From a virus (Duplodnaviria; Heunggongvirae; Uroviricota; Caudoviricetes), in the IMG/VR virus record IMGVR_UViG_3300043418_000226: a DNA stretch of 11,701 bases. The stretch is one strand, 5' to 3'. Position 1 is the first letter of the stretch, and every line of letters starts with the position of its first letter. The position numbers and the translations under genes were made by a program. A model generated the notes under the pieces. That model worked only from the letters and a program-made list of their open reading frames with translations. It did no database searches and was not told where the DNA came from. This document shows positions 1-5,213 of this stretch, piece after piece.

Positions 1-35
1 TACAAATTTATTTACACTTTTTTTTAATTTATTTT

Positions 36-127
36 TTGAATCTAATTTCCATCTCAGATGTTCACGGGATTACGATACATTACTGGTATAATTGCCACCA
101 ATAAAAAACCCCGAACTTAATCGGGGT
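36..127. repeat. 92-bp exact direct repeat, copy 1 (inter-cassette element E1 plus terminator)
   Basis: TTGAATCTAATTTCCATCTCAG...CCCCGAACTTAATCGGGGT at 36-127 is identical to 569-660 (offset 533); contains the CATTACTGGTAT half-site (TTACTGG at 80-86). Confidence 0.97.
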
Positions 128-131
128 TTTT
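103..131 (-). terminator. Intrinsic terminator T1
   Basis: AAAAACCCCGA-acttaa-TCGGGGTTTTT hairpin, 2 bp after the stop of 133..477; T-run on the minus strand (symmetric, possibly bidirectional). Confidence 0.85.
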
Positions 132-132
132 G

Positions 133-477
133 TTACTTTACTCTTAAGGTAGTGAAATGATAACCTTTACCAATCATTCCCTTTGCATCATGGTAAGCCA
201 ATGACATTGCTTGGTGTCTTTCACTTGATGTTTCAGAATCTTTACAACCAAAGTTAATACCCCACGTTAACATACATTCAATACCATAGTCAACCTCGAA
301 ATACTCTCTTGTCTTTTGTAGTGAATCTTGGTGTCTACCTTTTTTCTCGTTCCAACTACTTGGTCGGTGTGATAGATAAACAAAAAACATATTTAATGAA
401 TTTTGTGTAGGTCTACCTTTAGTTGACCAAAACCCCTTAGGGAAACTTTTTTTGTTACAATCTAATAAATTTTCCAT
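133..477 (-). CDS. Hypothetical phage protein (114 aa), single-gene cassette
   Basis: ORF bounded by its own Bacteroidota-type promoter (508-537) and terminator; no recognisable motif. Confidence 0.85.
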   Translation of the reverse strand: MENLLDCNKKSFPKGFWSTKGRPTQNSLNMFFVYLSHRPSSWNEKKGRHQDSLQKTREYFEVDYGIECMLTWGINFGCKDSETSSERHQAMSLAYHDAKGMIGKGYHFTTLRVK

Positions 478-507
478 TGTGTAAATGTGTTTGTGTTAAT
501 GATGGTA

Positions 508-537
508 CAAAGATATAACATTAATTTCGTTATACAA
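508..537 (-). promoter_or_regulatory. Bacteroidota-type sigma70 promoter
   Basis: Minus strand TTG (537-535)-N19-TATCTTTG (515-508), matching the -33/-7 TAnnTTTG consensus. Confidence 0.85.
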
Positions 538-568
538 TAATATTAACATTTATTTAACATTTATTTTC

Positions 569-660
569 TTGAATCTAATTTCCATCTCAGATGTTCACGG
601 GATTACGATACATTACTGGTATAATTGCCACCAATAAAAAACCCCGAACTTAATCGGGGT
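569..660. repeat. 92-bp exact direct repeat, copy 2 (element E2 plus terminator)
   Basis: Identical to 36-127; TTACTGG at 613-619. Confidence 0.97.
636..660 (-). terminator. Intrinsic terminator T2
   Basis: ACCCCGA-acttaa-TCGGGGT with an A-run on its left (U-run on the minus strand), just after the stop at 669. Confidence 0.8.
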
Positions 661-668
661 CATATAAA

Positions 669-884
669 TTACTTAAAGAACAAATCGTGTAGGGTTAACC
701 AAAACCCTCTCGTTACTTGTGTTGAATCGGGAACTCCACAACTCGGGTTTCCTTTAAAGTATTTTGTCGGTTCAATGTATCGACTACTTACTTGGAACTT
801 CGCCGACCATTCGTTAAAGGTCAAAGGTTTTTCAAAATTACTCAATTGTACACTCAATTGTTTTTGTGATGTTTCTACTGACAT
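669..884 (-). CDS. Hypothetical phage protein (71 aa, MSVETSQKQ...)
   Basis: The track start at 911 overlaps the promoter -7 element, so the second ATG (884) is used; it has a G-free leader and a downstream terminator. Confidence 0.75.
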   Translation of the reverse strand: MSVETSQKQLSVQLSNFEKPLTFNEWSAKFQVSSRYIEPTKYFKGNPSCGVPDSTQVTRGFWLTLHDLFFK

Positions 885-908
885 AATGTTAATGTTTAAA
901 TGATAGGA

Positions 909-934
909 CAAATGTACAAATTAATATAATACAA
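909..934 (-). promoter_or_regulatory. Bacteroidota-type promoter (variant)
   Basis: Minus-strand TACATTTG at 916-909; the TTGTA that aligns with the other -33 boxes lies only 15 nt away (short spacer), so the -33 assignment is uncertain. Confidence 0.6.
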
Positions 935-960
935 TCCTAATTTTATTTAACTTTTTTTTT

Positions 961-1078
961 CTGAAGACAACGCCCTGATCCAGCACGGTGCATGGTAGAT
1001 ATAATACTGGGATAACAGACATCCCCACAAATACCAGTAACATTTTCTCCATGCAGCACGGTCAAGATTCTTTTGGGC
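961..1078. repeat. Inter-cassette element E3
   Basis: ATACTGG (1004-1010) ... CCAGTAA (1034-1040), 23-bp spacer; shares CGCCCTGATCCAG with E5 and a 28-bp block with E6. Confidence 0.85.
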
Positions 1079-1106
1079 AAAAAAAACCCTCACATTTCTG
1101 TAAGGG
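1079..1106 (-). terminator. Intrinsic terminator T3
   Basis: Minus strand CCCUUACA-GAAA-UGUGAGGG-U-run; the G.U wobble works only on the minus strand. Confidence 0.85.
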
Positions 1107-1130
1107 AATTTTCTATCAACATAACATTCA

Positions 1131-1343
1131 CTAATTCATTATTTCGTATTGGTCTTCTTCGGGTATTACCGACAACTTTCTTCCGTTGTCCCACAATACT
1201 CCAATTTGTCCCATATCATCAACAAAGTTAATCGTTCCCATTTCGTTGGGTTCGACCGCATATTTGTCGTTCATTAAAATCATTTTGATTCTTTTACCTA
1301 CAAGTGGGTGACTTTGTCCACGTTTTAAAAAATTGTCTAACAT
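1131..1343 (-). CDS. DUF4314-family small protein (70 aa)
   Basis: Motif GKRIKMILMND...MGTINFVDDMGQIGVLWDNGRKLSVIPEED matches the recognisable DUF4314 pattern (GTV..VDD.G.I.V.WDNG..L.VI...D); by eye only. Confidence 0.8.
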   Translation of the reverse strand: MLDNFLKRGQSHPLVGKRIKMILMNDKYAVEPNEMGTINFVDDMGQIGVLWDNGRKLSVIPEEDQYEIMN

Positions 1344-1374
1344 AGTATAAATGTGTTAATGGTTAATGATGGTA

Positions 1375-1404
1375 CAAAGATATAACAATATTTCAATTAT
1401 ACAA
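1375..1404 (-). promoter_or_regulatory. Bacteroidota-type sigma70 promoter
   Basis: (T)TTG-N19-TATCTTTG on the minus strand. Confidence 0.85.
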
Positions 1405-1433
1405 ATTAAATGTTACTTTTTTTTGAATTATTT

Positions 1434-1556
1434 TCGAGTCAGATTCTGATGGGAAAACATATTACTGGTGTAAGACAACCCACGTGTAGTGTAAGACAAA
1501 TACCAGTAATGTATTAGGATACCGGCGACTCAAGATGGTGCCGAAATTCTATGGAC
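1434..1556. repeat. Inter-cassette element E4
   Basis: ATTACTGGT (1461-1469) ... ACCAGTAAT (1502-1510), 34-bp GG-to-CC spacer; left block TTATTTTCGAGTCnGATTCTGAnGG shared with E6. Confidence 0.85.
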
Positions 1557-1588
1557 AAAAAAAATCCCCACCCTTTCGAGTGAGGACT
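1557..1588 (-). terminator. Intrinsic terminator T4
   Basis: Minus strand GUCCUCACUC-GAAA-GGGUGGGGAU-U-run, with G.U wobbles valid only on the minus strand. Confidence 0.85.
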
Positions 1589-1611
1589 TTCCCCTTTGTA
1601 ACCTTTCAACC

Positions 1612-2136
1612 TTACCCCTCAACTATATATCTTGTTCCGTTTAAAGATAATTCCTTGATGTTTTCGATTTTCGGTGTGATAACCATTACTTTTTTGTCTT
1701 GGTCTTGTCTTGATGTTTCCGATACCTTAACCATATAACTTTCAAAAAGTTGTTTCTCGATTTCGTTACCCTCGAAAATAAATTCAGTGGTTGGTTTGAT
1801 TTCGTCAAAACGTTCAACCATTAGGTAGTGAGTGTTTTCGGTTTTGGTGTCTACTAATACACATTTTGAAATATGTTTTTTACCACTTGGAGCCATTGAT
1901 ACAAAATCCCCCTCTAAACCTTCTTTTTTCTCGTTTGAGTTTACTCTTGTTTCGTAGTCGTTACCGATTAGGAAATTAGTTTTTGAACGTTTTGTAATAA
2001 GGTTAAAATAAGGATTACCTGTTTTGTTCATTCTAACTTTTGTTTCCATTACGATATTAACAAAGGTAGATTTTTCTACATTGTTTAATAATTCGATTAA
2101 TTCAGTTTGTCCGATTGTTAAAACTTGATTTTTCAT
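1612..2136 (-). CDS. Hypothetical phage protein (174 aa)
   Basis: Long ORF with own promoter and terminator; TFVNI..ETKVRMNKTGNPY...G.DYE.RVN...KEG looks like a conserved phage family of unknown function (not verified by search). Confidence 0.9.
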   Translation of the reverse strand: MKNQVLTIGQTELIELLNNVEKSTFVNIVMETKVRMNKTGNPYFNLITKRSKTNFLIGNDYETRVNSNEKKEGLEGDFVSMAPSGKKHISKCVLVDTKTENTHYLMVERFDEIKPTTEFIFEGNEIEKQLFESYMVKVSETSRQDQDKKVMVITPKIENIKELSLNGTRYIVEG

Positions 2137-2175
2137 TTTGTGAGTGTTTTAAGTGTTATTGTTATTTTGATAGGT

Positions 2176-2207
2176 CAAAGATATAACATTAATTCCATTC
2201 CACCAAA
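2176..2207 (-). promoter_or_regulatory. Bacteroidota-type sigma70 promoter
   Basis: TTTG-N20-TATCTTTG on the minus strand. Confidence 0.88.
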
Positions 2208-2237
2208 TATTATTTAGTTTTTTTTTATTTTTTTTTT

Positions 2238-2346
2238 CGCCCTGATCCAGTTTTTTATTTACTGGGTTTTGGGGTCGGGTGTTTACCAAAGTAAAATACC
2301 AGTAACGTTTCCACCATGCAGCTCTGCGGAAGATTCTCCACTCCAT
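2238..2346. repeat. Inter-cassette element E5
   Basis: TTACTGG (2259-2265) ... CCAGTAA (2299-2305), 33-bp spacer; CCATGCAGCTCTGCGGAAGATT (2314-2335) is identical to 3227-3248. Confidence 0.85.
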
Positions 2347-2372
2347 AAAAAACCCCCGATAAAATCGAGGGT
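2347..2372 (-). terminator. Intrinsic terminator T5
   Basis: Minus strand ACCCUCGAU-uuu-AUCGGGGGU-U-run, 7 bp after the stop at 2380. Confidence 0.8.
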
Positions 2373-2379
2373 CTTTAAA

Positions 2380-2544
2380 TTATTCTTCGTTAATACATTC
2401 TTCACAGGCGTTACAACTGAAACAACCCGAACAACCGCAACCACTTTCGTCACGTGTCCCACAATCACAACAATCGTACATACTACCGCAATCGTATTCG
2501 TTGCCGTTTCTGTCTGTACCTAAATGTCCTTTATTTTCGCACAT
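2380..2544 (-). CDS. Cys-rich small protein (54 aa, 11 Cys), metal-binding candidate; not in the ORF track
   Basis: Hand translation MCENKGHLGTDRNGNEYDCGSMYDCCDCGTRDESGCGCSGCFSCNACEECINEE*; starts 4 nt after the stop of 2549..2773 and ends 7 nt before T5. Confidence 0.85.
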   Translation of the reverse strand: MCENKGHLGTDRNGNEYDCGSMYDCCDCGTRDESGCGCSGCFSCNACEECINEE

Positions 2545-2548
2545 AATA

Positions 2549-2773
2549 TTAGTCTTTACAATATTCCCATTTGATTACTTGGTCGAGTTTTATATGGTCA
2601 CCACCCCATCCGTTAGGTAATAATCTACCATTGAATTTTTGATAACTTGGAGGAATTGCCACGTTACCAAATAGGTCGGAATAGAACCCACGTTTGGTAA
2701 TAGTTTCAATCTTACCACGTATTTCTTTTTTAAATGTTACCATTATATCGACAAAAGGTGTAGGTGTTTCCAT
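2549..2773 (-). CDS. Hypothetical phage protein (74 aa)
   Basis: Third gene of a tightly packed 4-gene operon (TAA-T-ATG junction with 2775..2945). Confidence 0.85.
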   Translation of the reverse strand: METPTPFVDIMVTFKKEIRGKIETITKRGFYSDLFGNVAIPPSYQKFNGRLLPNGWGGDHIKLDQVIKWEYCKD

Positions 2774-2774
2774 A

Positions 2775-2945
2775 TTATCCGTGTATTAATTCTATTATAC
2801 TACTTTCACAAAGACTACATTCGTGTTCCACTGAACCCCCTTGTTCTATTTCGTCCAAACATAGTTGGTAAAATTCCATAATCTCACTTTTGTATTCGGG
2901 ATATAACCAAATTTGTTCATCCACGTATTTTTTTAAACGTTCCAT
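2775..2945 (-). CDS. Hypothetical acidic protein (56 aa); not in the ORF track
   Basis: MERLKKYVDEQIWLYPEYKSEIMEFYQLCLDEIEQGGSVEHECSLCESSIIELIHG*; fills the operon gap exactly. Confidence 0.8.
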   Translation of the reverse strand: MERLKKYVDEQIWLYPEYKSEIMEFYQLCLDEIEQGGSVEHECSLCESSIIELIHG

Positions 2946-2954
2946 AGTGTTAGA

Positions 2955-3047
2955 TTAAAAGGTTACTGAATAAATGATGTACCCAAAGATTAGGATTGAT
3001 ACTACTTTTAAAATGTTTGCAACTTGTTGTAAGGTTAATTTTTTCAT
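2955..3047 (-). CDS. Small membrane peptide (30 aa); not in the ORF track
   Basis: MKKLTLQQVANILKVVSILIFGYIIYSVTF*; first ATG after promoter 3077-3106 and its G-free leader; hydrophobic C-terminal half. Confidence 0.75.
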   Translation of the reverse strand: MKKLTLQQVANILKVVSILIFGYIIYSVTF

Positions 3048-3076
3048 AGTGTTTAAGTGTTTGATTAATGTGAGTA

Positions 3077-3106
3077 CAAAGATATAATTTTATTTTGATT
3101 ATACAA
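3077..3106 (-). promoter_or_regulatory. Bacteroidota-type sigma70 promoter
   Basis: TTG-N19-TATCTTTG on the minus strand. Confidence 0.85.
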
Positions 3107-3133
3107 GTTAAATTACAATTATTTTTAATTTAT

Positions 3134-3256
3134 TTTCGAGTCTGATTCTGAAGGAAGTGGTGTCGTTTTTTCAGGGTTACATTACTGGGACCGCCGATAC
3201 GAGAACGAATACCAGTAACATTTTCTCCATGCAGCTCTGCGGAAGATTATCAACAT
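3134..3256. repeat. Inter-cassette element E6
   Basis: TTACTGG (3182-3188) ... CCAGTAA (3212-3218), 23-bp spacer; shares blocks with E3, E4, E5 and E7. Confidence 0.88.
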
Positions 3257-3286
3257 AAAAAAACCCCTTACTTTCGTAAAGGGTTT
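3257..3286 (-). terminator. Intrinsic terminator T6
   Basis: Minus strand AAACCCUUUAC-GAAA-GUAAGGGGUUU-U-run; identical to T7. Confidence 0.88.
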
Positions 3287-3514
3287 AATATATGAATACA
3301 AATCGCTCAGTCTTTCCTGATGTCAATCTTGATATAGGATTAGGTTAATGATAATTTAAGGAACCCCACCTATTCCATTTATGTGTATATAACAATTTTA
3401 AAGGGAGAAACACATAAACTTATCCTATTCGTCAGACTTGAAGATATCCAAGTACCATATAAGGGATTCCTCCCCTCAAAAAAAAGAATGATTCAGAAAA
3501 TCATCTCAATTGTA

Positions 3515-3805
3515 TCAATTTAGACACAAATGGTTTTGTACTTCCACGTATTCGGTGTACTCTCCATTTATCTCTACTACTTTTTTATCGTTAAAATCGT
3601 TAACAAATCTCTCACGTGAATAGTCGCCCTCTCCACTCTCCATACATTTGTACATTAACCCCTCACGTATTTGGTAACTCGATGTTATTAGTCCGTTAGG
3701 TATTCCACCTATCTTTTCAAACGAGGTTAATTGAATGTCAACAGACAACAATGTTAACTCGTCAAAATTCATTTCTTTCAAAGGTACTCCGTAAAATGTT
3801 TTCAT
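3515..3805 (-). CDS. Hypothetical phage protein (96 aa)
   Basis: First ATG after promoter 3838-3869; the only called gene ending in TGA (see findings). Confidence 0.8.
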   Translation of the reverse strand: MKTFYGVPLKEMNFDELTLLSVDIQLTSFEKIGGIPNGLITSSYQIREGLMYKCMESGEGDYSRERFVNDFNDKKVVEINGEYTEYVEVQNHLCLN

Positions 3806-3837
3806 AGTGTGAATGTGTTATTGATTATTTGATGGTA

Positions 3838-3869
3838 CAAAGATATAACATTAGTTTCATTATACCAAA
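3838..3869 (-). promoter_or_regulatory. Bacteroidota-type sigma70 promoter
   Basis: TTTG-N20-TATCTTTG on the minus strand. Confidence 0.88.
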
Positions 3870-3899
3870 TTTATTTTCACTTTTTTTTAATTTATTTTT

Positions 3900-4009
3900 C
3901 TGAAGTGGACCGGCGACGGGGTCAGGGAACATATTACTGGTATTTGTTTTAGGTGTGAGGAATACCAGTAATATAAATGCGGTGATCAGGTGCGGAAGAT
4001 TCTCTTCAT
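3900..4009. repeat. Inter-cassette element E7
   Basis: Perfect 14-bp inverted repeat ATATTACTGGTATT (3931-3944) / AATACCAGTAATAT (3961-3974); 24 bp between GG and CC. Confidence 0.9.
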
Positions 4010-4041
4010 AAAAAAACCCCTTACTTTCGTAAAGGGTTTTT
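4010..4041 (-). terminator. Intrinsic terminator T7
   Basis: Same hairpin as T6, 8 bp after the stop at 4049. Confidence 0.88.
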
Positions 4042-4048
4042 GTGGTTT

Positions 4049-4837
4049 CTAATTAAAACACATACTTCGGGTAGTGTTTCTAATGTAGTGAGTTTTGATA
4101 AATTCCTCAATGAATATAAGTTTAGTTTCAATTAAACCCTTTCCGTATCGTTGTAGTCTAAAGTGTCCACTAACATTGAAACTACCTACTCCGATGTGTT
4201 TAACATTCCAAAGACTATCTACTCGGTACACTCCTAAATCGGTTTCATTCTTAATTAATGAACCTTTGATTACTGAACCACTTTTAGTGTTCGGATGGAT
4301 GTAAGTATATTCAACTTTGTCCTTTGATAAATCTAAATAAACTACCATAGGTAAAAGGTTATTCATAACTTTCATACTTAATAAGTAAATCAAAGGAATA
4401 TTCGGAACTTGACCATTAACGTATTCTTGTTTGAACCCATCACGAATTAAACCCTCCAAATGTAATGGTATATCTCTATTGAAACAAGGTGTTACCACAA
4501 ACCCCTTACCAACTTCAAAAATCCAACCGAAAGTGTATATCTCTCCTCTATATCCAATGTGATAAAATATCTCGAATATACCATTTGACTTCTTTACTTC
4601 GATAACTGAATTGTCAATATTAGGATAAAACAAAAGATACTTTCTATCACTTAACAATTTAACCACCTCATTTAATGAAGACGTTAATGTCTTATCATTT
4701 GTTGGGTCAATGTTTAACTTAACATTTCTTGAATACTTTTGTGATTTGTCAGATAGTACTAATTTTTTGTACTCGTTTAATCTCTCAGGATATTGATTAA
4801 TTAAATCGATAATCATGTGTGTGTTTTTGATTTTCAT
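4049..4837 (-). CDS. Hypothetical phage protein (262 aa) with C-terminal VSGHFRLQRYGKG...KLIFIEEF motif
   Basis: The track start (4897) lies inside the promoter, so ATG 4837 after the G-free leader is used. The C-terminal motif resembles a V.GH(W/F)R.Q..G...K.I.I motif I recall from phage proteins of unknown function. Confidence 0.85.
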   Translation of the reverse strand: MKIKNTHMIIDLINQYPERLNEYKKLVLSDKSQKYSRNVKLNIDPTNDKTLTSSLNEVVKLLSDRKYLLFYPNIDNSVIEVKKSNGIFEIFYHIGYRGEIYTFGWIFEVGKGFVVTPCFNRDIPLHLEGLIRDGFKQEYVNGQVPNIPLIYLLSMKVMNNLLPMVVYLDLSKDKVEYTYIHPNTKSGSVIKGSLIKNETDLGVYRVDSLWNVKHIGVGSFNVSGHFRLQRYGKGLIETKLIFIEEFIKTHYIRNTTRSMCFN

Positions 4838-4867
4838 AATATAAGTGTTTTGTGTTATTTGATGGGT

Positions 4868-4897
4868 CAAAGATATAACAATTATTTTATTATACAA
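4868..4897 (-). promoter_or_regulatory. Bacteroidota-type sigma70 promoter
   Basis: TTG-N19-TATCTTTG on the minus strand. Confidence 0.85.
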
Positions 4898-4930
4898 TAC
4901 AAATATTAATTTATTTTAATATTTTTTTTA

Positions 4931-5030
4931 CTGATGGTGAAGATCATCCACAGTGGGACGGGGTATATGTTACTGGGACTCCCCTACATAGAGTACCCCC
5001 TCCCCCCTGCCTGTATCCCCCCTTAAATAG
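4931..5030. repeat. Terminal inter-cassette element E8 (half-site only) merging into C-tracts
   Basis: GTTACTGGGA at 4969-4978, at the same position relative to the promoter as in the other elements; no CCAGTAA partner. Confidence 0.65.
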
Positions 5031-5177
5031 GTCAAAAACCCTATGTCAAAAGGGGGGGACACTTCCGTGAGTGAAATTTTTTCTGGTTTTTGTTCCCGTA
5101 TTGGACTTTTGTCTCCATTAAAAACTTATAAAAACTTTTTATCCCCCCTAAACAGAAAAAAAAATTTTCTATATTTT

Positions 5178-5209
5178 TTTGGAAAATTGGTATTTTTTTG
5201 TTAAATTTG
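5178..5209 (+). promoter_or_regulatory. Bacteroidota-type sigma70 promoter of the HNH gene
   Basis: TTTG (5178-5181)-N20-TAAATTTG (5202-5209). Confidence 0.75.
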
Positions 5210-5213
5210 CACC

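Noticed and set aside
422-711. Short similarity GTTGACCAAAACCC (422) versus GTTAACCAAAACCC (693), giving KGFWST / RGFWLT in neighbouring proteins
   Set aside because: Only about 14 bp, at opposite ends of two otherwise dissimilar proteins; insufficient to claim paralogy.
625-903. Plus-strand 92-aa ORF
   Set aside because: Antisense shadow of 669..884; it starts inside element E2 and crosses a terminator.
1535-1738. Plus-strand 67-aa ORF
   Set aside because: Starts in E4, crosses terminator T4 and is antisense to a real gene.
2149-2523. ORFs 2149..2346 (-), 2269..2523 (+), 2283..2468 (-)
   Set aside because: They run through promoter, element or terminator DNA, or are alternative frames of the Cys-rich gene; the T/V-rich translations come from its repeated Cys codons.
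2809-2817. Internal promoter upstream of 2549..2773
   Set aside because: Minus-strand TAGTCTTTG has the wrong TA-to-TTTG spacing and lies within the coding sequence of 2775..2945.
1131-4051. Genome-wide stop-codon recoding (TAG to Gln as in some Bacteroidota phages, or TGA to Trp)
   Set aside because: TAG at 1131 is followed immediately by TGA, TAG at 4049 runs into the terminator, and long genes are uninterrupted under code 11 with Trp encoded normally.
961-4945. Hammerhead ribozyme cores (CTGAAGA, CTGATG, CTGAAG near the left edge of several elements)
   Set aside because: Only E3 has CTGANGA; the others lack the GA, and the required stems and GAAA...UH arrangement could not be built.
36-5030. 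CRISPR array interpretation of the recurring elements
   Set aside because: The conserved cores are only 7-14 bp, inverted rather than direct, and separated by whole genes; no 25-45 bp repeat-spacer periodicity and no cas genes.
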